Below are positions 28,864-38,761 of a stretch of DNA of 64,000 nt, piece after piece. Position numbers and translations under genes: made by a program. This DNA is from Candidatus Latescibacterota bacterium (lineage in GTDB: Bacteria > Latescibacterota > UBA2968). Below the pieces are notes generated by a model that saw nothing but the letters and a program-made list of their open reading frames with translations, ran no database searches and had not been told where the DNA came from. Every line of letters starts with the position of its first letter. The stretch's first letter is position 1. The DNA lies in NCBI GenBank assembly GCA_965198115.1, contig OZ240241.1:6848001-6912000 (forward strand), given 5' to 3'.

Positions 28864-29994
28864 TTATTCGACCACCTTGCCCGCGCGGATGGTGGTGACT
28901 GGTTCCCAGCAACCGCCGGGGCGCTGTTGACCATCGACGTCGACGAGGGGGAGCGCGTTTTCGTTCCAGCGGAGGACGCAGAGGTCGGCGCATGAACCCG
29001 TGGCGAGTGTGCCGACTTCCCCTGCGAGACCCAGTGCTTCGGCCGGTTTTTCTGTGACGCGGGCGAACGCATCCGTTTCGGTCATGCCGGCGGCGATGAG
29101 TTTCGACATCGTTCGGGGCAGGTCGTGTTGAGGTTCGCTTCCGACGTGACGGTTATACTGGTCGGTGGAAATCGTGTCTGGCAGAAATCCGTCGGCGATG
29201 GCGGCTTCGGCGGTCTCGAAGCTGAAAGAGTTCATGCCGTGACCGATGTCGAACAGGATGCCACGCTCGCGGGCGTCCCTGACAGCACCCCTGATTCGCC
29301 CGTTTTCGATGAGGCTCTCCTCCTTGGCGTTGAAGCAGTAGGTGAGGACATCACCAGTGCGCAGCAGGGAGAGTTGCTCGGGAAGCGGCACATCCGTGGC
29401 GAGCCGGCTGCCGAAAAGCAAAGGTCGATCCGCCTGCTGTGCAGCGTCTATCGCTTGTTTCAGAACATCGCGGGGATCGAATTCGCCGCACGACGCCTCA
29501 CTCGTGTTGACGGCAATGCCCCAAATGAGATCGCCGCCTTCGATTGCTGTGTTCGTGCAGGCGGCGATGTCGAGATCCTCGGGGTTTTCCAGACATCGTG
29601 TCGAGTTCGTTTCGCCCGGGGCGCTGATGCTGAGGGCGAGTCGGACACGCGTGGTCGATCCGTCAATGACATTGTCACGGTACCGGGGCCAGTTGTCGGC
29701 TCCTGCGTCGCCCTGCGACATGACGGTGGTGACGCCACGGGGCAGGAAATGGACATCGGGGTCGACTCCGTAGCGAGAGCTGTCTCGATCCGGATGCGCG
29801 TGGAGATCGACGAGGCCGGGCAGTAGTAGCGCATTGGGATAGCTCAGCGTCTCACGCGCCGAGCCGGATACGTCGGGTCCAGCGGCGACGATGCGGTCTC
29901 CTCGGACTGCGACGGCGCCTGGGCCATCGAGGCCGGTATCGGAACAGAAAACGCGGTCGCATTGGATCAGAAGATCATATTCGGTGTCCGTCAT
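28864..29994 (-). CDS. Dihydroorotase-like amidohydrolase/deacetylase
   Basis: PGLVDLHAH, GVTT, DAGA, FDIGHG..SFSF, PDTISTD. Confidence 0.85.
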   Translation of the reverse strand: MTDTEYDLLIQCDRVFCSDTGLDGPGAVAVRGDRIVAAGPDVSGSARETLSYPNALLLPGLVDLHAHPDRDSSRYGVDPDVHFLPRGVTTVMSQGDAGADNWPRYRDNVIDGSTTRVRLALSISAPGETNSTRCLENPEDLDIAACTNTAIEGGDLIWGIAVNTSEASCGEFDPRDVLKQAIDAAQQADRPLLFGSRLATDVPLPEQLSLLRTGDVLTYCFNAKEESLIENGRIRGAVRDARERGILFDIGHGMNSFSFETAEAAIADGFLPDTISTDQYNRHVGSEPQHDLPRTMSKLIAAGMTETDAFARVTEKPAEALGLAGEVGTLATGSCADLCVLRWNENALPLVDVDGQQRPGGCWEPVTTIRAGKVVE

Positions 29995-30026
29995 GCTTTA
30001 CGCACCCAGATAGGTGATGAACCGCT

Positions 30027-31925
30027 TTACAAGTTGACGACGACCCAACTGCTCGTCCCGTGACGACCGAAGGCGTTAATGGGTCGCACCTCGAGGCGGT
30101 TTTCGCCCTTCCCGAGCGACCAGTCGAAACTGCCCTGGCACGTCTCCCATTCACCGTCGCCGTGGCGCGATTCGAATCGGTCGAAGTTCGGCATTTCGAC
30201 GTCCAGGACGACGTAAAGCCGATCCATCGCGTCGGCCTGCTGGAGATGGATCTTCGCTCGATTCACCGACCAGTAAAGGTCTTCCGGCCGCCTCGTGTGA
30301 TGGGAGAACCAGGGGAATGGATCAGTCTTTTCGTCCTGCCAGAAGAGATATCCGTCGTAGTGGTAAGACCCCTTGCCGTGTTCGGGCTCGCCGGGCCCCA
30401 TCGTGACGGTCTCGTCGTTACGCATCGAAATCATGAATCGATCGAAGAGGCTGAGGCGCTTGGCGACTTCGAAACGGTCGTCGGTCGCCGGGGGTGGCTT
30501 GGGGACGAGCGTGACATTGTCGTAATCCTCGTTCACCCAAGCATCGTGGCAGTCGAGTGCGCTCAACGGCACGCCATCGCGTTCGAAGTGATAGGTAAAT
30601 TTGGTCTCGTCGTTGATGTCGCCCCCGACGTCCATGGCCACCCACTTGTCGTGATCTCCAGACCAGACTTCGTTGATGCAATGTGACCGCATGATCTGAG
30701 TACGCGCGACCAGACCGAGGGCGGCACTGCACTGAGACATGACGGTGGCGTAGTGCGTGCACATCCCCAGACTCAGTTTTCTGGAAGTTAGCTCGAGGAT
30801 GAGCGGCGCGTCCCACGGCGGACAGAAGTTGATCTCTCCCATGTTCCACCCGTCTTCCCACTGCTCGCGAACCCATTGTCGGAGGTGAAGGAAGGCATCG
30901 AACTCTGTCTTGGCATCTTGAACGACATTGTTCAGGTTCCAACGATCACGCAACAATCGACCACGCTCGTCGTCGGCCTGCATGTGGGCGAAACGATAGG
31001 GGCTGCGAAGGAGGTCGGGGTTATGGGCGTTGATCACTTGGGACGCGGGTTCGGTCGCGACCTCAAGCTCCGCGGTGAGATGGATTGCGCTCAGAACGGG
31101 TGTGTCGGACGGGGCGTCGGTTTCCAAAACCGCGCGCCACTGTATAAAACGGCCGGGTGCTTCGATTTCGTCTTCGATGAGGTTCCAAGCACTCCACGTT
31201 GCAGGATCGTAGGAAGGTCCTGATCCACTCCGCGTGTAGAGGGTCACGTATGTGCCTGAGGGTGTTTCGGATTCGGTTGTGATCCCCACACGAGTCAGTC
31301 GTCCATCGATCGCGATATCACTGACCGCGAGCAGATCGATCGCTTCCGAACAACAATCCGCCATTGGCAGGTGCTGATCCAGCCAGAGGCGAACCATGTA
31401 CTCCCCGTCCGCTCGGTTGTTGACGCCGAGATCCTCCGATCGCCAGGTCTGCCCGCCATCTTCGCTGAGCGCGCTTCGATCCGGCTGACGGCTGTTCTCG
31501 ATCAACAACGTCCATTGGGCGTCCCCAACAGCTCGAAACACAAATTCGTTCGTTCCCGCGCGAAGATGTTCGACGGGAATCTCGACGGGAGTCCATCGGT
31601 CCTCCCAATAGGGTCGGTCTCCACACCACTTTAGACGAATGGGGTGACCGTTGACGACAATGTCGAGTTCGCCATCGTCCCGATCGCAGTCCAGGTAGGG
31701 GCAGAGTGTGGCTCGGTCTGTGTCGAATTCCCGGATGGCGAATTCTTTTCGAGCCTCGCGGAGACCAGCGACGCGTTCCTGGTCACGAACATTGCAGTTG
31801 CCGATCTCGTCCGCGATGGTCTGACCCCGACGCAAAACGACGCCCTTGTCGGTGACGACCACGTCTTTTCCCGTACACCGCTGGAATGCCGAATGGGTGT
31901 CCCAATGTCTTAGGAGTGAAGTCAT
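30027..31925 (-). CDS. Transglutaminase-like domain protein
   Basis: Candidate triad GMCTHYA / SHCINEVW / WVAMD in the C-terminal half. Confidence 0.7.
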   Translation of the reverse strand: MTSLLRHWDTHSAFQRCTGKDVVVTDKGVVLRRGQTIADEIGNCNVRDQERVAGLREARKEFAIREFDTDRATLCPYLDCDRDDGELDIVVNGHPIRLKWCGDRPYWEDRWTPVEIPVEHLRAGTNEFVFRAVGDAQWTLLIENSRQPDRSALSEDGGQTWRSEDLGVNNRADGEYMVRLWLDQHLPMADCCSEAIDLLAVSDIAIDGRLTRVGITTESETPSGTYVTLYTRSGSGPSYDPATWSAWNLIEDEIEAPGRFIQWRAVLETDAPSDTPVLSAIHLTAELEVATEPASQVINAHNPDLLRSPYRFAHMQADDERGRLLRDRWNLNNVVQDAKTEFDAFLHLRQWVREQWEDGWNMGEINFCPPWDAPLILELTSRKLSLGMCTHYATVMSQCSAALGLVARTQIMRSHCINEVWSGDHDKWVAMDVGGDINDETKFTYHFERDGVPLSALDCHDAWVNEDYDNVTLVPKPPPATDDRFEVAKRLSLFDRFMISMRNDETVTMGPGEPEHGKGSYHYDGYLFWQDEKTDPFPWFSHHTRRPEDLYWSVNRAKIHLQQADAMDRLYVVLDVEMPNFDRFESRHGDGEWETCQGSFDWSLGKGENRLEVRPINAFGRHGTSSWVVVNL

Positions 31926-32034
31926 CTCGAAAGCTCCATCGTGTTCAAACGTTGGCCCCGCAAGATCGGTGATCGTTGACGATGAGCAAAGTGTTGCTCG
32001 CCGGGGCCGACTGGCGTTCGCTACTGAAAAAATT

Positions 32035-33454
32035 GGCTCTATCCGGGTTTCTCAACGGTGAAACTATAGAATGACAAGGTCATAGATCGTTCCCTACGCT
32101 TGGTTGTGTGTGTAGGACAATCAAAGCGAAGGGGGTGCGACCTATGACCGGGAGCAGATTACTATCGAAACTGCTGAGATTCAAGGGGTTCCGTGTTGTC
32201 AGCTGGTGGTTTGAGGGGAGAAGCTGCTTCGTCATCGCCGTAAAGCCACATAAGAATGGTTGTTGTTGTCCGGAGTGCGGCCGTCGAGGTAAAATCGTCC
32301 GCACAATGCCCCATCCGCGTCGGTGGCGTGACATTCCGGTGTGCGGGTGGAGGGTCTGGCTTCTCTACCATCCTCGGGAGATTCGGTGTCCTACCCACGG
32401 TCGTGTGGTCGAGGAGATTCCGTGGGCGGAGCGGTTCTCTCGGGTGACGTATCGCTTCGAGTATGCCATGCTGCGCTACTGCCAGACCATGATGCAGAAG
32501 GCGGCGTCCGAGTTGCTGCGCATCTCTGCCTCGACGCTGTCGGATCTCCTTCACCGATCCATCACGCGGCTTCGTGAAGGTCATCGTATCCGAGGGCTCA
32601 AAACCATCGGGATCGACGAGATCTCCTACGCCAAGCGTCACAGGTACGCCACGCTCGTTTACGATCTGGACCGCTCCTGCGTGGTGTGGGTTGGCCGCGG
32701 CAGGGCGCGTAAAACGATCGATCGGTTCTTCACAGAGGCTCTCAGTCCCTACCGGAGATCCAAGATCGAGTGGGCCTGCTGCGACATGAGCGAAGCTTAC
32801 ATCGGAGCCATCCAGGAACACTGTCCGAATGCCAAGCTGGTCCTCGATCGCTTTCACATCGTCAAGGCTCTCAATGCCGCCGTTGACGAGGTCCGTAAGG
32901 ACCAGTGGCGTAAAGCTGCCCCGGATGAGCGCAAAGCCATGAAGGGCCTCCGATGGCTCCTCTACCGGCACTCAGCGACACGCTCCAGAGGGGATACTCG
33001 GACACTCAAAGCACTGGAGAAGGCGAACTACCGAATCTATAGAGCCTGGAGACTCAAGGACGAGTTCGAGCAGTTCTGGGAATACAAAGCGCCCTGGGCT
33101 GCCGAACGCTTCCTGAAATGCTGGACGACGTCCGCACTCAGAAGTCGACGTGAACCCCTGCGAAAGTTCGTCAGGACCCTGCGACAGCACTTCTTCGGCG
33201 TCCTCGCATTCGTGAACACGCGTCTTACCAACGCCATCGCCGAAGGCCTCAACCGAATCGTCCAAATCGTCAAGAACCGAGCCAGCGGATTCCGCACACT
33301 CGACGCATTCAACGATATGATCTTCCTTACCGTCGGAGACATAAACATCCCTGAGCAGATTCCGAAGAGGTTCCGCACACTCTAACCGCGCCCCCATGCC
33401 AGGAACCACGGCACCTTCACCCACTTCATCTCGTTGAGAGATCCGGATATAGCC
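32035..33454 (+). mobile_element. ISL3-family insertion sequence, copy 1 (1420 bp)
   Basis: Ends GGCTCTATCCGGGTTTCTCAACG and CGTTGAGAGATCCGGATATAGCC; 8-bp TSD AAAAAATT at 32027-32034 and 33455-33462. Confidence 0.95.
32144..33385 (+). CDS. ISL3 family transposase
   Basis: CPECG zinc finger, IGIDE, CDM, DRFH, TNAIAEGLN. Confidence 0.95.
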   Translation: MTGSRLLSKLLRFKGFRVVSWWFEGRSCFVIAVKPHKNGCCCPECGRRGKIVRTMPHPRRWRDIPVCGWRVWLLYHPREIRCPTHGRVVEEIPWAERFSRVTYRFEYAMLRYCQTMMQKAASELLRISASTLSDLLHRSITRLREGHRIRGLKTIGIDEISYAKRHRYATLVYDLDRSCVVWVGRGRARKTIDRFFTEALSPYRRSKIEWACCDMSEAYIGAIQEHCPNAKLVLDRFHIVKALNAAVDEVRKDQWRKAAPDERKAMKGLRWLLYRHSATRSRGDTRTLKALEKANYRIYRAWRLKDEFEQFWEYKAPWAAERFLKCWTTSALRSRREPLRKFVRTLRQHFFGVLAFVNTRLTNAIAEGLNRIVQIVKNRASGFRTLDAFNDMIFLTVGDINIPEQIPKRFRTL

Positions 33455-34819
33455 AAAAAATTGGGGTAGAAGATCTCTGGATGCGAGGAGCAATTCCTCA
33501 AGCATCGTTTCGGCTTTCTCCGGTAGAATAGCCATCTCGTCGACCATTAACGCTTGCAGGGCGAGACCCCGGTCGCCGGTTACCGCGGCGTCGGCAACCA
33601 ACTCGTGCCAAACGAATCGCTTTTCGAGGAGGCCCTTGAGGACCGGCGGTGCCTTTCCTGTCTGAATCGGCCGTACCCCTGTATAGTCCGTCACGCCTTC
33701 AAGTTCGACTTCGGCCGTGGCTGGGAGGTTGGGGATGGCGCCCTGGTTGGGGACGTTGACGATGTGCACGCGCCGTCGTCCGTGGACGATGTCGCCTATG
33801 AGTGACGCAATACCCTCACCCGTGATCGAGTCATCCAGCTTGTCGGGGAGTTCGACCTCGTCGAGCAGATTTTGGTAGGACTCGAAGAAGCCGGAGCGAA
33901 CTTCCGGTGTGGGTGGTTCGGCACTGGGCGATGGTTTGGAAGGATCGTAGCCGTGACGTTTGAGACTTTCCGTCATGCCGTAGGGTAGGCTGCGAACATC
34001 GCCAGACGTGTGGGTGAGGAAGGGATAGAATTCCACGATGTGATCGTCGGACGGGTAGACGATGTGGTAGCCGTAAATCTGGGATAGGGCTGCGCTCAGT
34101 CGCTTACCCTCGGGGGCGTGGCGCCCGGCGACTCGCTGCATGAGGTCGGGATAGACGTCGATGTTCTTATTCATCACTCGAGTGAACCAAAAGTAGTGGT
34201 TCGTGCCGATCCAGTCGCAGTTCAGGTCCTCTACCGGGATCTCGAGGATCTCGGCTGCGTAGGCCAGGCCGCTCTGAACGCCGTGGCAGATTCCGACGAC
34301 GTTAATGTCCGTGTGCTTGTGCATCGCGCGACAGAGGACGGCCATCGGGTTCGAATGGTTGAAAAGGATGACGTTCGGACAACGTTTCTGCATCTCGCGG
34401 CAGATTTCGATGTAGGCCGGAATCGATCGCAGCGCCATCATCATGCCGGCAGGTCCGCACGTGTCCCCGATCACCTGGGAGATGCCGTACTTGGTCGGAA
34501 TCCTGATATCCGCATTGTGGAAGTTGGAGTCGTAAACATTCCGCGTGATCTCGGCCCCGCTCCCCCCGATGGATGAGAGTGCAAAATCGGCACCGTCTAC
34601 GGCGTCAGCCAGATCGATGGTTGAGCGCACTCTGAATCCTGTCGTTGCACGGTCGGCGAGCCGGCGACCCATTTCGGCCATCATCTGGACCTTCTCTCCA
34701 TCGATGTCGTAGAGGACAAGTTCGCTCCCGGCAAGGTCCTGGCTGATCAGCAGATCGGGTAAAGCCCTTCTGAAGTAGAGGCTGCCACCGCCGAGACATA
34801 CGATTTTCTTCGTGCTCAT
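33455..34819 (-). CDS. Family 4 glycoside hydrolase (alpha-galactosidase/glucosidase-like); stop codon displaced by ISL3
   Basis: KIVCLGGGS, GDTCGPAG, NHSNPM, GICHG, GTNHYFW, NQGAIPNLP. Confidence 0.9.
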
Positions 34820-34862
34820 TGGGAAGCTCCGGACGAGTCTGCCTCGTCGTCGGACAATTGGG

Positions 34863-34891
34863 TTGCTGCTCCTCCGGGTCGCCGTTATACT
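34863..34891 (+). promoter_or_regulatory. Putative sigma70 promoter of the sulfatase gene
   Basis: TTGCTG-17 bp-TATACT. Confidence 0.45.
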
Positions 34892-34979
34892 GGCGAGAAT
34901 TGGCAAGATAACGTGGTCCGAGGGAAACCGCATTCTTATCGAACTGTTGAGCTGAACACCCTTCGGTGAAAGCCCCACG

Positions 34980-36413
34980 ATGCCTGATACCCCTAACGTA
35001 TTGCTGATTTGCGTCGATCACTGGCCGGGTCTGTTGATGGGAGCGGCAGGTCATCCGCGCGTCCTAACGCCGACGCTGGATGAGCTGGCGACTAACGGCG
35101 TGCGATTTTCGCAGGCCTACACGTCGACGCCGACGTGTAGGCCGGCCCGGCGGGCGCTGATGACGGGCACGACAGCGAGACGACACGGGGATCGGATCTT
35201 CAACGAGCACGGTCCGATGGATCCGACGTTGCCCACGATGCCCCAGGTGTTCAGGGATGCCGGCTATCAGGCCTACGCCGTGGGGAAGTTGCACGTCTAC
35301 CCCCAGCGCGACCGCATCGGGTTCGACGAAGTGATCTCGAACGAAGAAGGGCGTCATCACCTCGGCGGGGATGACGACGATTACGAGCGTTTTCTGAAGC
35401 GGGAAGGGTATCCCGGTCAGGAGTTGACCCACGCGATGGGCAACAACGAGTATGAAGTCCGACCCTGGCACCTGCCCGAGTATTGCCACCCGACGAACTG
35501 GACCGTTCGAGAGATGTGTCAGGTCATTCAGCGTCGGGACCCGACACGTCCTGCCTTCTGGTACTGCTCGTTCGTGACTCCACATCCACCGGTCGTGCCA
35601 CCACGCGATTATCTGGATCTATACGACCGAATCGGCGTAGATGAACCCGTCGTTGCGGACTGGGCTCGGGAACTCGAACAGTTGCCTCACCCCCTGCGCA
35701 AGCACCACGCCGGGTTTCCGCAGGATCCGACAACGATCAAGCTCGCACGACAGGGCTTCTTCGCGCAGTGTACCTACATCGATCACCAGATCAGGTTGTT
35801 GATCGGGGAACTACGCGAAGAAGGCATCCTGGATGACACGATCGTCATGTTCGTGTCCGATCACGGCGATATGCTGGGCAACCATCGGCTCTGGGCGAAA
35901 CCGCCGATGCACGAGTGGTCGGCCAAGATTCCGATGATTCTGGTGCCGACGGCTGGTTACGACAGAATCGGCCATCACCTGACGGACCACCGCCTGGCTG
36001 AGTTGCGTGACGTGATGCCGACATTACTCGATCTGTGCGGTATTCCGATTCCGGACACGGTTGAAGGAATGTCGTTGGCTTCTGACGAGACTCGCAGTCA
36101 CCTCTATTGTGAACACGGTGAAGATGCGATGGCCATGCGTATGATCCGTGCCGATCAGCACAAGCTGATCTGGTATCCCGTGGGAAACCACCTACAGTTG
36201 TTCGATTTGGAGGGTGACCCACAGGAGATGGAAAACGTTATCGACGAGCCAGGCTATGCCAACGTGAGAGAGAAGCTCACGGGACTCCTACTTGGAGAGC
36301 TCTACGGGTGTGATCTGGATTGGATCGAGGACGGTAAGCTGATCGGACTGCCGGAGATCGGCTACGAACCACAACCGAATCGTGGGCTGTCGGGGCAGCG
36401 CGGTTGGCGATGA
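34980..36413 (+). CDS. Cys-type (formylglycine) sulfatase
   Basis: PNVLLICVD, CRPARRALMTG, VGKLH, PHPP, SDHGDMLG. Confidence 0.93.
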   Translation: MPDTPNVLLICVDHWPGLLMGAAGHPRVLTPTLDELATNGVRFSQAYTSTPTCRPARRALMTGTTARRHGDRIFNEHGPMDPTLPTMPQVFRDAGYQAYAVGKLHVYPQRDRIGFDEVISNEEGRHHLGGDDDDYERFLKREGYPGQELTHAMGNNEYEVRPWHLPEYCHPTNWTVREMCQVIQRRDPTRPAFWYCSFVTPHPPVVPPRDYLDLYDRIGVDEPVVADWARELEQLPHPLRKHHAGFPQDPTTIKLARQGFFAQCTYIDHQIRLLIGELREEGILDDTIVMFVSDHGDMLGNHRLWAKPPMHEWSAKIPMILVPTAGYDRIGHHLTDHRLAELRDVMPTLLDLCGIPIPDTVEGMSLASDETRSHLYCEHGEDAMAMRMIRADQHKLIWYPVGNHLQLFDLEGDPQEMENVIDEPGYANVREKLTGLLLGELYGCDLDWIEDGKLIGLPEIGYEPQPNRGLSGQRGWR

Positions 36414-36470
36414 ACCGGGGAGCCAGGGAGAAAGGATCCGTAGACGGTGGACAAGAGACGGGCGGGAGCG

Positions 36471-36610
36471 GCCCTTCGACTCCGCTTCAGGGCAGGCTCT
36501 TCGGGCTGCGAACCTTATGTCGCCGCTAGAGGCCCTACCCTGGGTGTCCGGCGAAAAGGGAACAAGAAGATCAAAATGGGCCCCGGCTCAGAAGCTTACC
36601 GGGGTGACAA
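36471..36610. repeat. Intergenic REP-like hairpins (family A at 36471-36498, family B at 36577-36610)
   Basis: gccct-tcgactccgcttc-agggcaggct; tgggccccggctcagaagcttaccggggtgacaa. Confidence 0.7.
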
Positions 36611-36656
36611 TCATTCTCGTGGCGGTTTGTCCGAGAGATTCCTAGGAGTGTAACGC

Positions 36657-37478
36657 ATGATGATCATCGATAGTCATTTGCATATTTGGAGTCTGGATAC
36701 GGATCAGTATCCGTTTGCGGAAGGGCGGAATACGGAAGAGGAGGGGTCGGCGGAACTATTGTTGGAAACGATGGAGGCGAATGGCGTTTCGCACTCCGTG
36801 ATCGTACAACCGATTCATTACGTGTATGACAATCGGTATGTGACGGATATGATGAAAAAGTATCCGGGGAAGTTCGCGGGGATGGCGATTATGGACCGTC
36901 ACGCACCAGATGCGCCGGAGCAGCTCGAGCGATTGGTGAAAGAGGATGGGTTTTCGGGTTTGCGGATGCATTTGTCACGCCCTGATGACGCCGCGGAATG
37001 GGCTGCGCCCGATCAGGATCGGATCTGGCAGAAGGCGGAGGAACTGGGTGCTTCATTCCTGAGCTTTGGACCGGCGGAGAAACAGCCGGCGGTGGAACCG
37101 ATCATTGCCAGGTATCCCAACGTGAAGGTGATTCTGGATCATTTGGGTGGCGCTCCGACCCTCGAGGAGGCGCCGTATCCGTTGCTTCAGAACGTGCTGA
37201 ATTTGGCGAAGTATCCGAATGTGTATGTGAAATTCACGCCTCAGGCCGGTCAGTCGAAAGAAGATTTTCCGCTGAGCGACACACACTCGACCTACGAGCG
37301 GATCTATGATGCGTTCGGTCCGCAGCGTCTGATGTGGGGCACGGACTTTCCGCACATCTTCAGAAACATCGGATATCCGAAGGCCGTCGAAATGTTCCGC
37401 GACCATCTTCCTTTTCTGACCGAGGAGGACAAGGAGTGGTTGTTCGCCAAAACGGCGCTGAGTATCTGGTCGTTCTGA
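36657..37478 (+). CDS. Amidohydrolase_2 family protein
   Basis: IIDSHLHIW, ILDHLG, RLMWGTDFP; AGGAG RBS. Confidence 0.9.
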   Translation: MMIIDSHLHIWSLDTDQYPFAEGRNTEEEGSAELLLETMEANGVSHSVIVQPIHYVYDNRYVTDMMKKYPGKFAGMAIMDRHAPDAPEQLERLVKEDGFSGLRMHLSRPDDAAEWAAPDQDRIWQKAEELGASFLSFGPAEKQPAVEPIIARYPNVKVILDHLGGAPTLEEAPYPLLQNVLNLAKYPNVYVKFTPQAGQSKEDFPLSDTHSTYERIYDAFGPQRLMWGTDFPHIFRNIGYPKAVEMFRDHLPFLTEEDKEWLFAKTALSIWSF

Positions 37479-37521
37479 AGGCCCTATTCGTGAGGAATAC
37501 AGAGCCAGTTTCGGTGGGAGC

Positions 37522-37545
37522 CGTCCTTCGACTCCGCTCAGGATG
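37522..37545. repeat. REP-like hairpin, family A
   Basis: cgtcct-tcgactccgctc-aggatg. Confidence 0.65.
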
Positions 37546-37566
37546 TACCTCCCGACGGCGAACTGG

Positions 37567-38208
37567 ATGAATCGGACACCCCAACTACAACTGGCCGTTG
37601 ATGTACTGACGATCGATGAGGCTCTCTCTGCCGTCGAGAAAGTTCACGCTTCGGTCGACATCATCGAGGTAGGGACGCCGCTGGTGATCGAGTGCGGGTT
37701 GAAGCCTGTAGAATTGCTCAAGGCGGAGTACCCGGACAAGCAAGTGCTGGCGGATCTGAAGGTTATGGACGCTGGGCATATCGAGGCCTCCAGCGGATTC
37801 GGGTGGGGGGCGGATATTGTGACGGTTTTAGGGTTGGCGGATGAAGCGACGATCCGCGGCGCCGTTGATGCTGCTGAGGACCGCGGAAGGGTCATGGCAG
37901 ATCTGATTCAGGTGCCGGATCCGGCGCGTCGTGCGAAGGAGTTGCTCGAGATGGGCGTTCACCTACTCTGTCTGCATACGGCGTATGATCGACGCGATGA
38001 AGGGGTGGATCCGCTGGTCGAGTTGCACGCGGTCAGGCCGGAGGTCGATTTGCCGCTTGGGATCGCAGGTGGCTTGAAGTTGGAAAACACGGCCGATGTC
38101 GTGAGGGGCGGTGCGGACATTGTCGTGGTTGGAGGGGCGATTCAGAATGCAGGAGATCCAGCTAGAATGGCAGCTGACATCAAAGATGCAATGATGGGGG
38201 CAGCTTGA
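37567..38208 (+). CDS. hxlA: 3-hexulose-6-phosphate synthase
   Basis: LQLAVD, IIEVGTP, LADLKVMDAG, LHTAYD, IAGG; overlaps hxlB. Confidence 0.88.
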   Translation: MNRTPQLQLAVDVLTIDEALSAVEKVHASVDIIEVGTPLVIECGLKPVELLKAEYPDKQVLADLKVMDAGHIEASSGFGWGADIVTVLGLADEATIRGAVDAAEDRGRVMADLIQVPDPARRAKELLEMGVHLLCLHTAYDRRDEGVDPLVELHAVRPEVDLPLGIAGGLKLENTADVVRGGADIVVVGGAIQNAGDPARMAADIKDAMMGAA

Positions 38209-38759
38209 AATACATCATTAAGTCGATTGCGGCAGAAGTGAGTGAATGTCTCGCGCAGGTTTCGCCTGATGAGGTCGAGGGAGCGGTGGACCTTCTGGCT
38301 GGCGTGCCCCGCGTTTTCGTGGCGGGGGCCGGGCGAAGCGCTCTGGGCATTCGTGGGTTCGCGATGCGGCTGATGCATCTAGGTGTGACGTCCCACGTCG
38401 TCGGAGACACCACGACGCCACGCATCGTTTCGGGCGACCTTCTCGTCATTGGGTCGGGATCGGGACGTACGTCCAGTCTGCTTTCAGCGGCGGAAAGGGC
38501 GCGTGCTGTCGGTGCTTCGATTCTTCTCGTGACGATCGATCCCGCCTCGCCAACCGGGCAACTTGCTGACTTCGTCATTCGCATACCAGCGCCCTCCCCG
38601 AAAGCAACGGGGGGAGGCGAATCGACCTCTATTCAACCGATGGGGTCGCTTTTCGAACAATGTCTGTTTTTGCTGCTCGATTCGATCATCCTGATGTTGA
38701 TGGAGAAGCGGTCCATCAATGCTGAGGAGATGTTCGGGCGTCACGCCAACCTGGAATAA
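38205..38759 (+). CDS. hxlB: 6-phospho-3-hexuloisomerase
   Basis: GAGRS, FAMRLMHLG, GSGSG.T, QPMGSLFEQ, RHANLE. Confidence 0.95.
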   Translation: MKYIIKSIAAEVSECLAQVSPDEVEGAVDLLAGVPRVFVAGAGRSALGIRGFAMRLMHLGVTSHVVGDTTTPRIVSGDLLVIGSGSGRTSSLLSAAERARAVGASILLVTIDPASPTGQLADFVIRIPAPSPKATGGGESTSIQPMGSLFEQCLFLLLDSIILMLMEKRSINAEEMFGRHANLE

Positions 38760-38761
38760 AC

